Positions 17,783-27,433 of a stretch of DNA of 64,000 bases are shown here, in pieces; the first letter of the stretch is position 1; each line of letters starts with the position of its first letter. The translations under genes and the position numbers were made by a program. This DNA comes from Candidatus Magasanikiibacteriota bacterium (GTDB taxonomy: Bacteria > Patescibacteriota > Patescibacteriia > Magasanikbacterales > GWA2-37-8): NCBI GenBank assembly GCA_041666745.1, contig JBAYGI010000002.1, positions 36,291 through 100,290 of the forward strand, read 5' to 3'. The notes under the pieces are model-generated. The model saw only the letters and a list, made by a program, of their open reading frames with translations, was not told where the DNA came from and made no database searches.

Positions 17783-19171
17783 TTAAGTTTTTTGTGGTTG
17801 ATTTTCAGTTTGTTGTTCCTGATTTTGTTGATTTTCTTTGGCTTTTTGTTCATCCAGATATTCTTTTCGAGATCTTCCGGTAGCGGCCATCAGACGGTTT
17901 ATGGTCAATATTTCTTTTCTCTTTTTTAATCGTTCTTTGGTCGGTTTCAACACTTCCTTTAATTGATCTATTATTTCAGTTACTTCTTTTTCTATTTTAT
18001 CTACTGCGGCTGTTAACCTGTCTTTTATTATGGCGAAGTTTTTGATCAATAAAATTAAGACTATAAAAGGTGATACAACAATCAACAAAAGTCCAGGAAT
18101 TACCGCCGCGGCAAAACCGGCCGCTATTATTCTTCCGGTACCGACAAGCGCCATGGATAAAGCAGTGGTAATTTTAGTTGCCTCCAAGGTTACTTTGATA
18201 GTTTGCAAAGTAATTAATTTTGTTTCCAGTATAGTAATTTTGGCTTCATCTTTCGCGTTTGATATACCCATGGTCACGCCCATGATGGCACTATAAATTG
18301 TTGGTAGAAAACGTCTCAACAACCACATTGCGCCACTAGATTTAACTCCATCCATTTTATTTTCCAATTTTCTCAAATCAGATTCTAGGTCTCTTCGTTT
18401 TTTACCAAGTTGTTTCAATCTTGATCGATCACTTTGTAAGCTATTTTTTATATTTTTGCCCAAATTTCCCGGTGCATTTTTAACAGCCTTTACAATATTT
18501 TTTGGCGCATCTTTGATCGCCTGTGCGCCACTTTTTATTTTATTAACTCTATCGGTGATACCACCTTTGACACTATCTTTCATTCTTCCACCCAAACTTT
18601 TTTTCTTTGCTTTGTCGGAAGCCATATTGGAAGCGGCGGATTCCTCACTGCCAGGAGGTACTTTTTCAGGGGCTTTATCGGTAGTTGGGTGTGGGCCGGT
18701 TTCTTCGAGAGCTTTGTCCGGGATAGTTTTTGGGGGAGTGGTGTCACGTTTTGTATCGGTTGGTTCAGGAGGAATTGGTTGCTCGTCCGCGGTATCTTCA
18801 GTAGGAGTGGGTGGGGTTTCTTTTTCGGTACCTGGCGGAGGTGTTTGTGGAGATGGGGTAGGAGGTGGAGGAGGAAGGGGTTGAACGGGTTGTTGTTGTG
18901 GCGGTGTTGCATCAGGCTGTGGTGAAGTTTCTTCTGGAACAGGCGGAATAGTGGGCGGAAATTTTGGAGTCGGCGGAATTTCTTCCGGAGGTGTGATTTC
19001 AGTTTTCGGAGTTTTTATTACCGGGGTTTCTAAACCTAATTGAATTTTTTCATCTTTGATTTTTGCACTGTTAACGCCGGATATACCTGTTATTTCAATA
19101 TTATTATCGGCAACTAGACCATTTCTTTCTAATTCTTGTCTAATAAGTTTTTGTTCGTCTGGCGTAGCCAT
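17783..19171 (-). CDS. Proline-rich low-complexity membrane protein (hypothetical)
   Basis: PT/PP-rich segment aa ~50-180, Lys-rich middle, C-terminal hydrophobic TM cluster; GC-rich antisense ORFs here are by-products of proline codons. Confidence 0.5.
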   Translation of the reverse strand: MATPDEQKLIRQELERNGLVADNNIEITGISGVNSAKIKDEKIQLGLETPVIKTPKTEITPPEEIPPTPKFPPTIPPVPEETSPQPDATPPQQQPVQPLPPPPPTPSPQTPPPGTEKETPPTPTEDTADEQPIPPEPTDTKRDTTPPKTIPDKALEETGPHPTTDKAPEKVPPGSEESAASNMASDKAKKKSLGGRMKDSVKGGITDRVNKIKSGAQAIKDAPKNIVKAVKNAPGNLGKNIKNSLQSDRSRLKQLGKKRRDLESDLRKLENKMDGVKSSGAMWLLRRFLPTIYSAIMGVTMGISNAKDEAKITILETKLITLQTIKVTLEATKITTALSMALVGTGRIIAAGFAAAVIPGLLLIVVSPFIVLILLIKNFAIIKDRLTAAVDKIEKEVTEIIDQLKEVLKPTKERLKKRKEILTINRLMAATGRSRKEYLDEQKAKENQQNQEQQTENQPQKT

Positions 19172-19176
19172 ACATA

Positions 19177-21687
19177 TTATTTAACAAACAATTGTTTATC
19201 CGCAATATCCAGAGTGTATTGTTTTTTATTTTTCTTTTTTAAAATCTCGCTAGTCATTAGTTTTTCCATTTCAGTGCGGAGTTGGCGACGGATAGTGCGG
19301 GCATTGGCATTGGTGTTTGGCAACGAGGCGATATATTCGGATAATATTTTTTCTTTGGTTTCTATTTTGGTGTGATACTGTGCCAGCTGTTCATTGAATT
19401 TAGTTATTTCCAATTCGGCAATTTTTGCCAGATCATTGGCAGTTAGAGAATTGAATAAACAAACTTTGTCCAGACGGTTTATTATTTCAGGAGAAAAATA
19501 TTCTTTCAGTTTCTCGCTGATTTTTTTGCTGTAGGCTTCGCTTTGGGAAGCTGTCCCGCCAAAACCAAAATCCGCACGTTTGGCGTCTTGAGCGCCTAGC
19601 GAAGTCGTTAGTATTATTATAGCATGTTTTAAAGAAATTTTCTTGCCCGTGGAGTCGGTGATTTCCCCATTTTCCAAAATTTGTAATAATAGCTTGGTGA
19701 CATCTTTGTGGGCTTTGTCTATTTCGTCAAATAACACCACACAATGTGGGTTGTTTTTTATTTTATCGGTAAAGTTGTTGCTTTCTTTGTAGCCAATATA
19801 ACCGGCGGGAGAGCCGAGTAATTTGGATACGCCAAAACTTTCGTTGAACTCGCTCATATTTAATTTTATAAACGAGTCTTTGTTTGGATAGAGAGTTTCC
19901 GTGATAGTTTTGGCCAATTCAGTTTTTCCCATGCCACTTTGCCCGACAAACATAAAAGAGGCCAGCGGTCTGTCCGGGTGGTTTAATCCCAATCGGGCGC
20001 GATTGATGGTTTCAGCGACCTCGTGGATGACATTGTCTTGACCGATTACCAAAGTTTTTAATTTTTCTTCCAGATCCAATAATTCATTTTTTTCTTCCAT
20101 GATTAGTTCACTTGGTTTGGATCCGATAATTTTGGCGATTTGTTCCAACACATCGTGGTCGGTAATTTCTCCCAAAAATTTAGCTTGTTTTTCTTTGGCG
20201 ATTTTATTTTCTTTTTCTATTTCTTTGCGTAATTTTTCTTCCTGCATTTTGAGTTTTACCGCTTCATCGAATTTGTCAGATAGGGCGGCGGCTTCTTTGT
20301 CTGAAATAATCTTTTCCAATTTTTGTTTTAGGCGTTCTATTTTTCCAATCCAAGAAGAACTTTTGGAGTTGATTCGTTTGGCGGCGGCGGTCTCGTCCAG
20401 GATGTCGATCGCTTTGTCCGGTAAAAATTTGTTGGTGATATATCTTTCAGAAAGGCGAACGGCGGCTTCGACGGCTGATTTATTAATTTTAATATTATGG
20501 AAAATTTCGTAATTGGTTTTGATACCTTCCAATATTTTGACCGAATCTTCAACTGATGGTTCTTTGACAAAAATTGGCTGAAAACGGCGTTCTAGAGCGG
20601 AATCGCTTTCGATGTATTTTTTAAATTCATTTAAAGTCGTAGAACCAACACAACGAATTTGGCCACGCGCCAAGGCCGGTTTTAAAATGTTGGCGGCATC
20701 CATAGTGCCTTGGTTACTGCCGGCGCCGACAATGTTGTGTAGTTCGTCAATAAATAAAATAATATTGGGGTTGGCAATGACATCGTCGATTACTTGTCGC
20801 AGTCGTCCTTCGAATTCACCGCGATAAATTGTGCCGGCGATCAGCAGTCCCATATCCAACGCGTAGATTTTTTTGTTTAATAAAATATCCGGAACTTTGT
20901 TTTGCAAAATACGTTTGGCCAAACCTTCGATGATTGCAGTTTTGCCCACACCCGGATCACCCAGTAATACGGGATTATTTTTGGTGCGACGACAGAGAAT
21001 TTGGATTAGACGTTCGATTTCATTTTCGCGACCAATAATCGGGTCGATATTTTTTTGCAATTCCGGATTGGTCAAATTGGTGGCAAAAAAATCCAAAGCG
21101 GTTTCTTTTTTGTTGTTGCGTTTGTTGGTTTTTGGTAGGGGGGTATTATTATGTTCCGGACCAAACATATTTTCTTGCATTTTGTCTACTGCTTCCATCA
21201 CCTCGTTTATTTGCGGAAATTGCGAGGTGTTGGTGAGTACCGCGTTTAATTGTTTATAAATATCCGCCAAAGTAAGATGGTTATTTTTCAAAATTAAATT
21301 AATAGTAGGATTGTTGAGATCCACAATTCCTTTTAATAAATGTTCGGTACCGATATAGTTGTGGGCATGTTCTTGGGCAATCACCATGGCTTTTTCAATA
21401 GCGGTTTTGCAATCCGTAGATATTGGCGGTATTTGCAATTCGGCTGTGCCGGAAGATTTTTTCCCTGTTTTGGTGGCAGTCGGTAGTTCTAAAATTATTT
21501 TTTCAACATCTTTCAAGTCTACTTTTAAACGATTCAAAATTTCGGCCGCTACCGAGCCTTTTTGATTCTGCAAAATAAAAAACAGATGGATTGGTTCCAC
21601 TTCTTTATTTTCCAGTTTGGCGGCTAATTGGAAACTTTTGCTAAGAACGTCTTTGAGGTGGGTGGAAAATCTATCTAATATGGACAT
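19177..21687 (-). CDS. clpC: AAA+ chaperone ClpC/ClpB family (two nucleotide-binding domains)
   Basis: 836 aa; Clp_N repeats; Walker [11 protein letters not shown] and [10 protein letters not shown]; Walker B FIDELH / LFDEIDKAH; short middle domain suggests ClpC-type. Confidence 0.85.
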   Translation of the reverse strand: MSILDRFSTHLKDVLSKSFQLAAKLENKEVEPIHLFFILQNQKGSVAAEILNRLKVDLKDVEKIILELPTATKTGKKSSGTAELQIPPISTDCKTAIEKAMVIAQEHAHNYIGTEHLLKGIVDLNNPTINLILKNNHLTLADIYKQLNAVLTNTSQFPQINEVMEAVDKMQENMFGPEHNNTPLPKTNKRNNKKETALDFFATNLTNPELQKNIDPIIGRENEIERLIQILCRRTKNNPVLLGDPGVGKTAIIEGLAKRILQNKVPDILLNKKIYALDMGLLIAGTIYRGEFEGRLRQVIDDVIANPNIILFIDELHNIVGAGSNQGTMDAANILKPALARGQIRCVGSTTLNEFKKYIESDSALERRFQPIFVKEPSVEDSVKILEGIKTNYEIFHNIKINKSAVEAAVRLSERYITNKFLPDKAIDILDETAAAKRINSKSSSWIGKIERLKQKLEKIISDKEAAALSDKFDEAVKLKMQEEKLRKEIEKENKIAKEKQAKFLGEITDHDVLEQIAKIIGSKPSELIMEEKNELLDLEEKLKTLVIGQDNVIHEVAETINRARLGLNHPDRPLASFMFVGQSGMGKTELAKTITETLYPNKDSFIKLNMSEFNESFGVSKLLGSPAGYIGYKESNNFTDKIKNNPHCVVLFDEIDKAHKDVTKLLLQILENGEITDSTGKKISLKHAIIILTTSLGAQDAKRADFGFGGTASQSEAYSKKISEKLKEYFSPEIINRLDKVCLFNSLTANDLAKIAELEITKFNEQLAQYHTKIETKEKILSEYIASLPNTNANARTIRRQLRTEMEKLMTSEILKKKNKKQYTLDIADKQLFVK

Positions 21688-21769
21688 AATTACCCAGTTT
21701 AGTTGCTTTAAGAATAGGGATATTATATAATAAAAGAGTCTAATTTACAAGCTAAAAAAAGATAAAAAT

Positions 21770-23185
21770 ATGTTTCCAAAACAGGTATTTAAAGTCTATG
21801 ATATCCGCGGTCTAACAGAGGGTGAGTTGAGCGAAGATTTGGCCTATCGGATTGGCAGAGCGTATGGAGTGTTTTTGCGAGAAAGTAGCACTGTCATTCC
21901 GATCCGCCAGTCGGCGGGCGAGGAATCCCTCAAAGTGGTGGTCGGGCAAGACATGCGCGCCACCAGTCCGAAATATGCAAAAGAAGTAATTCGCGGGCTA
22001 AATGATGAAGGTCTAAATGTGGTAGATATCGGTTTGGCCAGCACGCCACTGTTTAATTTTGCTTGTACTTTTTATCCTGAACATTTGGCTGGTATCATGG
22101 TGACTGCCAGCCACAACCCGGCGCAATACAATGGTTTCAAAATGACCCTGCACGATGGTACGCCAGTCGGAGGAAAAACCGGTATGGATACGATTCGCGA
22201 TTTAGCAGAAAAAAATGAGTGGACATCGGCGAACGCAGAAAATGTCATTCCCGCGAAAGCGGGAATCCAGGCATCAATCACCCAAAAAGATGTCTTCCCA
22301 GATTACCTAAACAAAATTTTATCCATTGTAAAACCGGAAGAAATAAAACCATTAAAAATAGTAATTGACGCCGGCAACGGTATGGCCGCCGTCACATTCG
22401 TGGAATTATTAAAAAAGTTACCGGTGCAGGTTGAATATTTGTTTTTAAAACCGGATGGAAATTTTCCGAATCACGAGGCCAATCCGTTGAAAACTGAAAC
22501 ATTAAAAACATTGCAGGAAAAAGTAAAAGCCACCGGCGCGGATTTTGGTTTTGCCTTGGATGGAGACGCGGATCGTATGGGTTTAGTAGATGAAAATGGG
22601 GAAGTGGTGGAAGCGTCTTTTGTTGGGGCTTTGGCTGGTTTAGAAATTTTACGAGAACACCCTGGTGTACACATGCTTTATGATTTGCGCTCCAGTAAAA
22701 TTCAGAAAGAAGTTTGGGAAGCCAATGGCGCTACGACCGGTATGTGTCCGGTGGGGCATGCGAATATAAAAAAGATGATGAAAGATCAAAAGGCAGAGTT
22801 CGCCAGCGAGCTGTCTTTGCATCTGTATTTTCACTCCATGTGTGATGTGGAATCCACCGATTTGGCCCTGTTATATTTCTTGCGATTGTTATCTCGTAGT
22901 GGCAAAAAATTGAGCGAGCTGATCGCGCCGTTGAAAAAATATTTTCATTCCGGTGAGATAAATTTCAAAGTGGCCGACAAAGAAAAAGTGTTGAACAATT
23001 TACGTGTTCAATATGGCGATGCAAAAATAACCGAGTTGGATGGATTATCTTTTGAATATCCGACTTGGTGGTTTAATGTACGCGCGAGTAATACTGAGCC
23101 GGTTTTGCGGCTGAATTTGGAGGCGGATACCAAGGGTGAAATGGAAGAAAAATTGGTGAATGTGAAAAATATAATCAATGGATAG
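21770..23185 (+). CDS. Phosphoglucomutase/phosphomannomutase family (alpha-D-phosphohexomutase)
   Basis: Active-site TASHNPAQYNGFK, Mg-binding DGDADR, 471 aa; carries two in-frame GC-rich palindromic insertions. Confidence 0.85.
   Translation: MFPKQVFKVYDIRGLTEGELSEDLAYRIGRAYGVFLRESSTVIPIRQSAGEESLKVVVGQDMRATSPKYAKEVIRGLNDEGLNVVDIGLASTPLFNFACTFYPEHLAGIMVTASHNPAQYNGFKMTLHDGTPVGGKTGMDTIRDLAEKNEWTSANAENVIPAKAGIQASITQKDVFPDYLNKILSIVKPEEIKPLKIVIDAGNGMAAVTFVELLKKLPVQVEYLFLKPDGNFPNHEANPLKTETLKTLQEKVKATGADFGFALDGDADRMGLVDENGEVVEASFVGALAGLEILREHPGVHMLYDLRSSKIQKEVWEANGATTGMCPVGHANIKKMMKDQKAEFASELSLHLYFHSMCDVESTDLALLYFLRLLSRSGKKLSELIAPLKKYFHSGEINFKVADKEKVLNNLRVQYGDAKITELDGLSFEYPTWWFNVRASNTEPVLRLNLEADTKGEMEEKLVNVKNIING
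21893..21930. repeat. GC-rich palindromic element inserted in-frame in pgm (GTCATTCCGATCCGCCAGTCGGCGGGCGAGGAATCCC)
   Basis: Nested inverted repeats ATTCC...GGAAT and CCGCC-AGTC-GGCGG; encodes extra peptide SSTVIPIRQSAGEESLK just before conserved VVVGQDMR. Confidence 0.5.
22244..22270. repeat. GC-rich palindromic element GTCATTCCCGCGAAAGCGGGAATCCAG inserted in-frame in pgm (encodes VIPAKAGIQ; antisense WIPAFAGMT)
   Basis: Perfect 8-bp stem ATTCCCGC/GCGGGAAT with GAAA loop; reverse complement almost identical (27/28) to intergenic copy at 30481-30509. Confidence 0.6.
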
Positions 23186-23192
23186 AATAGTA

Positions 23193-25292
23193 TTATTCAA
23201 TCACTATCCTAGCATCCAACACTTTTACACCCCTGCCTTTTGGCAATACGAGCAGAGGATTGATATCCAATTCTTTAATATTTGGGAAATCAATCAGTAG
23301 TTGAGAAAGACGTCCGAGACAATCTATGAGTGCCTGAGTATCCATTATTGCTTGTCCACGGGCGCCATCTAATATCTTTTTGGATTTTAATTTGTTGATC
23401 ATTTTTTGGGCGTCGTAGGCGGTGAGAGGTGCCAGTCCAAAAGTTACATCTCTAAAAATCTCCACATAAGTTCCTCCCAGTCCGACCATAATAGTGTTGC
23501 CTAGTCCTTGGTCTTTGACACTACCCAAAATCATCTCGACTCCTTTTTCTTTGATCATTTCCATTATTAAAATTCCATCAATTTTGGCGAGGGGAAATTT
23601 GTGTTTAATGTTTTTAATCATCTCGGTAAATTTTGTTCCCGCTTCATTTGGCGCAACATTCAGCATCACCCCACCCGCATCGGTTTTGTGTAAGATATTT
23701 TGAGAAACAATTTTTAATACGACCGGCTGGCCGATTTTTTTTGCTATTTTTTCGGCCTCGCTGGCAGTTTTGGCGACTTCACTAAGCAATAAAGTAAAAC
23801 CATAATCTCGTAAAATTGGCAGAGCGTCGGCTTCCGGAAAAATAGTTTGTCCGCGTTTTTTGGCTTCGATAAAATATTTTTCAGCCGCTTTTTTGTTGGT
23901 ATTTTTAAGATTAAATTTGGTGTTACATTTATCTTTTCGAATATTGGCAAAGTGGGTGAGAGCGTCTAGCGCCTTGGCCGCTTCTTCTGGAAAATTAAAA
24001 GTAGACACACCGTTGGCGCGTAGCATTTTTATACTTTTTTCAACCAATTTTCCACCAATGAAACTAGCGACGATTGGTTTTTTGGATTTTTTCTTGGCGT
24101 TAATAATCGCTTGAGCGGTCAGGTCAAATTCGGTCATGGATTGAGGTGTCAGTACTACAATAATACTATCGACATTTTTGTCTTTTTCCAAAATATCTAT
24201 TACTGCTTTGTATCTTTCGGCTTTGGCATCTCCCAAAACATCAATCGGATTATGAAAATTCGCATAGGCTGGTAAAACCTTTCTTAATTTTTTTTCAGTA
24301 ACCTCAGAAATTTTGGCCATCTGTAATCCACTCAAAACTACTTCGTCGGTAGTTAGTACACCTGGTCCACCCGCATTGGTGATGATTGCCACATGACCGC
24401 CTTTTGGTAATTTATTGTGCGTAAAAATTCGTAAGTATTCAAAAAGTTCTGAGATTTTCTCGGCACGAATAATGCCGGCTTGGGAAAATAGTCCTTGGTA
24501 AGCACTGTCGTTGCCGGCCAGCGCGCCGGTATGCGAGGCGCTAGCGGAAGCACCGTCGCTAGTGCGTCCGGATTTGATGGCGATGATTGGTTTGGGATTT
24601 TTTCCGTGAGTAAGTTTTTTGGCGGCCGCAATTATGGCTGGGGCGTTGGTAAGTTCTTCGACATACATGGCAATCACTTTGGTTTTTTTGTCTTTGGCCA
24701 GATATTCAAAAAGATCAGCTTCAGACAACAAAGCTTTGTTACCAACACTGACAAATTTGGAAAAACCGATATCCAGTTTTTGAGCATAGTCCAAAATTGC
24801 TGTACAGAGCGCGCCACTTTGGGAGATAAAAGCAATATTGCCAAGCGGGGGCATGATATTGGCAAAAGAGGCATTCATTTTATTTTCCGGATTGATTATT
24901 CCCAAACAATTTGGGCCCACCAGAGCGATATTATTTTTTTGGCAGATTTTTTTTATCTGGTTTTCCAAACCAACATTGCCCACTTCTTTGAAACCGGCAG
25001 AGATAATAATCACCCCTTTTATTTTTTTCTTGGCAACGGTCTCTAGTACGGTTGGGACGATACCGCTAGGTACAACGATGATAGCCAAGTCTACTTTTTC
25101 TTTGATGGCCAACACAAAAGGATAACATTTGAGATCGTAAAGTTCAGTCGCTTTGGGATTGACTGGGAAAATTTTGCCCTTGTATCCTTGAGTAATTAAA
25201 TTTTTCACAATATCATTACCGACATGGCCAACTTCAGTCGAAGCGCCGATTATGGCAATAGATTTTGGATAAAAAATTGAATTGAGATCCAT
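23193..25292 (-). CDS. Acetyl-CoA synthetase (ADP-forming), fused alpha/beta subunits (CoA-binding + succinyl-CoA-synthetase-like + ATP-grasp)
   Basis: 699 aa; N-terminal SIAIIGAS...GHVG CoA-binding Rossmann, central CoA-ligase, C-terminal ATP-grasp region. Confidence 0.8.
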   Translation of the reverse strand: MDLNSIFYPKSIAIIGASTEVGHVGNDIVKNLITQGYKGKIFPVNPKATELYDLKCYPFVLAIKEKVDLAIIVVPSGIVPTVLETVAKKKIKGVIIISAGFKEVGNVGLENQIKKICQKNNIALVGPNCLGIINPENKMNASFANIMPPLGNIAFISQSGALCTAILDYAQKLDIGFSKFVSVGNKALLSEADLFEYLAKDKKTKVIAMYVEELTNAPAIIAAAKKLTHGKNPKPIIAIKSGRTSDGASASASHTGALAGNDSAYQGLFSQAGIIRAEKISELFEYLRIFTHNKLPKGGHVAIITNAGGPGVLTTDEVVLSGLQMAKISEVTEKKLRKVLPAYANFHNPIDVLGDAKAERYKAVIDILEKDKNVDSIIVVLTPQSMTEFDLTAQAIINAKKKSKKPIVASFIGGKLVEKSIKMLRANGVSTFNFPEEAAKALDALTHFANIRKDKCNTKFNLKNTNKKAAEKYFIEAKKRGQTIFPEADALPILRDYGFTLLLSEVAKTASEAEKIAKKIGQPVVLKIVSQNILHKTDAGGVMLNVAPNEAGTKFTEMIKNIKHKFPLAKIDGILIMEMIKEKGVEMILGSVKDQGLGNTIMVGLGGTYVEIFRDVTFGLAPLTAYDAQKMINKLKSKKILDGARGQAIMDTQALIDCLGRLSQLLIDFPNIKELDINPLLVLPKGRGVKVLDARIVIE

Positions 25293-25374
25293 AAAAAAAT
25301 CCGTGATAATTATTCACAGATTTATTTTAGCATTTTTTTGGGTTTTTGTATATAATTTTTTAGTTTGTCTATTT

Positions 25375-25599
25375 TTAGTTCTCAAAAAATTCATCCAAAG
25401 ATATTTCTGCTTGGCGCAATATATTTCTTAATGTACCGGGCGCTAATTCAGAGTGGTCTGGCACTATTACTGTGACGATTTTCCCATCTATGATTTTCCT
25501 TAATTTTTGGTGACTGCCTTTTTGCGATATCAAAACAAATCCTTTTTTATATAAAAAACTTAATATTTCTGATCCTGAAAAGTTGGCCAATCTGTTCAT
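25375..25599 (-). CDS. hicA: HicA-family mRNA interferase toxin
   Basis: ...KKGFVLISQKGSHQKLRK... YcfA/HicA GSH motif; ATG at 25599, 1 nt after hicB stop. Confidence 0.75.
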   Translation of the reverse strand: MNRLANFSGSEILSFLYKKGFVLISQKGSHQKLRKIIDGKIVTVIVPDHSELAPGTLRNILRQAEISLDEFFEN

Positions 25600-25600
25600 A

Positions 25601-25819
25601 TTAGGCCATCTCAAAATCCAATGTCTTAATCATTGGGTGTTCTTGGTATTGGTCTAAAAATTCTTTTGGCGCGTCTTCTAAATACAGTTCTATTGCTTCG
25701 CGTAAATTAGCTTCGGATTCCTCCAAGTTTTTTCCTTGAGAGGTTACCCCTAATTCGGCGCAAAAGGCAACATAGAATTTACCGTCAAAATGATAGGTTG
25801 TTGTTAATTTTAAAGTCAT
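25601..25819 (-). CDS. hicB: HicB-like antitoxin (UPF0150 fold)
   Basis: MTLKLTTTYHFDGKFYVAFCAELGVTSQGKNLEESEANLREAIELYLE...; ATG at 25819. Confidence 0.65.
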   Translation of the reverse strand: MTLKLTTTYHFDGKFYVAFCAELGVTSQGKNLEESEANLREAIELYLEDAPKEFLDQYQEHPMIKTLDFEMA

Positions 25820-25880
25820 AGTATTAACTTGTATTAATAAAGTGATTATACCATAATTCAGCAAAAAGTAAAATTGAATT

Positions 25881-26768
25881 TTACGCCATCCCACGTAGTT
25901 TTTTTATTCTATCTTCAATCGGTGGATGAGTGGAAAAAATTCCAGATAATTTTTTACCGGAAAACGGAGAAGAAATAAATAGGTGCGCGGTGGCTTGGGA
26001 GGTACGCGCCATTGGTATATTTTCTGCGCCAATTTTTTCTAATGCGCGTGCCAACCCTTCGGGGTAGCGGGTGAGCAAAGCACCACTGGCATCGGCCAAA
26101 TATTCACGACGACGAGAAACCGCCAATTTGATAAGTTCGGCAATAATAGGAGATAAAATAGCCAACACAATTCCAATAATCGCAAAAATAGCAAACGCAT
26201 CGCCACCCTCGCGATCACTACCGCGTCGGCGAAACATTCCACCGCGTAGAAAGATATTGGCCATAATGGAAACCGAACCAACCAAAACCGCGACCAACAT
26301 CATGAAACGAATGTCGTAATTTTTTATATGTGAAAGTTCATGCGCCAACACACCTTCCAATTCTTCGTTTTGTAATTTTTCAATCGCTCCGCGCGTAATG
26401 GCAATAGAAGCGGTGGCCGGATTGCGCCCGGTGGCAAAAGCGTTGATCGCACTTTCTTCCATGATGTAAATTTTTGGCATCGGCACGCCGGCGGTAATAC
26501 AGAGATTTTCTACCAGATGATAAACATATTTATTGTCGTCGTGTTCCAACGGTTTGGCACCACTGGTCCAGAGGGCGATTTTGTCTCCTTGGAAATATGA
26601 AATAGAGGTTATAAAAAGTGAAATAATCACGCCCAAAAAAAGCCCGCCATAGCCATCGCCACCATAACCGCGGTCAAAAACATAGCCCAAACCAACCACC
26701 AATCCAGCGGCGAGCATGAGTAAAAATATGGATTTTCGTTTGTTTGAGTCAATTTCTTGGTAGAGCAT
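25881..26768 (-). CDS. htpX: Zinc metalloprotease HtpX (peptidase M48)
   Basis: HELSHIKNYD HExxH motif, N-terminal TMs, 295 aa. Confidence 0.85.
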   Translation of the reverse strand: MLYQEIDSNKRKSIFLLMLAAGLVVGLGYVFDRGYGGDGYGGLFLGVIISLFITSISYFQGDKIALWTSGAKPLEHDDNKYVYHLVENLCITAGVPMPKIYIMEESAINAFATGRNPATASIAITRGAIEKLQNEELEGVLAHELSHIKNYDIRFMMLVAVLVGSVSIMANIFLRGGMFRRRGSDREGGDAFAIFAIIGIVLAILSPIIAELIKLAVSRRREYLADASGALLTRYPEGLARALEKIGAENIPMARTSQATAHLFISSPFSGKKLSGIFSTHPPIEDRIKKLRGMA

Positions 26769-26869
26769 AGTAATATTAATTTAACCATAAAAAAAGGGGG
26801 TTGTAAAGGTGTCGGGTTGACAAAATCAATTTTTTATCATAAAATAACATCACAAATAAATTACCAATT

Positions 26870-27106
26870 ATGTATAAAAACAATTTACAATTTTCCGTTG
26901 TTTATCAACAAGATGAAGATGGTGGGTTTATCGCCACTGTTCCGGCATTGCCGGGTTGCCATACTCAAGGTAAGGATTTACCACAAACAATATTGCGTAT
27001 AAAAGAGGCGGTAGATTTGTATATAGAAAGTTTGAAATCAGACAAATATATCCGTCAGGCAGCGCAAAGACAGGTATTAGTCGGCACTGTAATGGCAAAC
27101 GGTTAA
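26870..27106 (+). CDS. hicB: HicB-family antitoxin (UPF0150)
   Basis: ...FSVVYQQDEDGGFIATVPALPGCHTQGKDLPQTILRIKEAVDLYIES... classic HicB N-domain. Confidence 0.8.
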   Translation: MYKNNLQFSVVYQQDEDGGFIATVPALPGCHTQGKDLPQTILRIKEAVDLYIESLKSDKYIRQAAQRQVLVGTVMANG

Positions 27107-27107
27107 T

Positions 27108-27344
27108 ATGGTAAGTTTCAGTCAACTTCCAAATTTAAAAGCCAAGCAACTAATACATATTTTGGAAAAGATAGGTTTTGAAGTCGCAAGGCAAAAAGGC
27201 AGTCATGTAATTTTAATACACGAAAAAAGTAAATTACGCACGGTGGTGCCAATTCATTCAGGTGAAACAATCAAAAAATCTCTTTTGATGGAGATTGTAA
27301 AACAGGTAGGTTTATCAGTGGAAGATTTTTTGGAGTTGTTATAA
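27108..27344 (+). CDS. hicA: HicA-family toxin
   Basis: ...IGFEVARQKGSHVILIHEK...; 1-nt gap after hicB. Confidence 0.8.
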   Translation: MVSFSQLPNLKAKQLIHILEKIGFEVARQKGSHVILIHEKSKLRTVVPIHSGETIKKSLLMEIVKQVGLSVEDFLELL

Positions 27345-27387
27345 AAATTGTTAAAATCTATAAAATAAATTTGCGGACAAAGTTTAA

Positions 27388-27416
27388 AAAACACCGACTG
27401 CCAAGCCGGTGTTTTA
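27388..27416 (+). terminator. Putative terminator after hicA (AACACCG-loop-CGGTGTT + TTTT)
   Basis: 7-bp stem, 10-nt loop, T-run. Confidence 0.4.
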
Positions 27417-27433
27417 AATATGTGGACAAAAAT

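Noticed and set aside
18456-18925. GC-rich plus-strand ORFs (142 aa and 78 aa) inside the proline-rich gene
   Set aside because: They are antisense to a long ORF; the GC-richness results from CCN proline codons on the coding strand.
25310-25340. Partial palindrome GTGATAATTATTCAC upstream of the ACS gene as an operator
   Set aside because: It is an imperfect, AT-only palindrome of a kind common by chance in AT-rich DNA.
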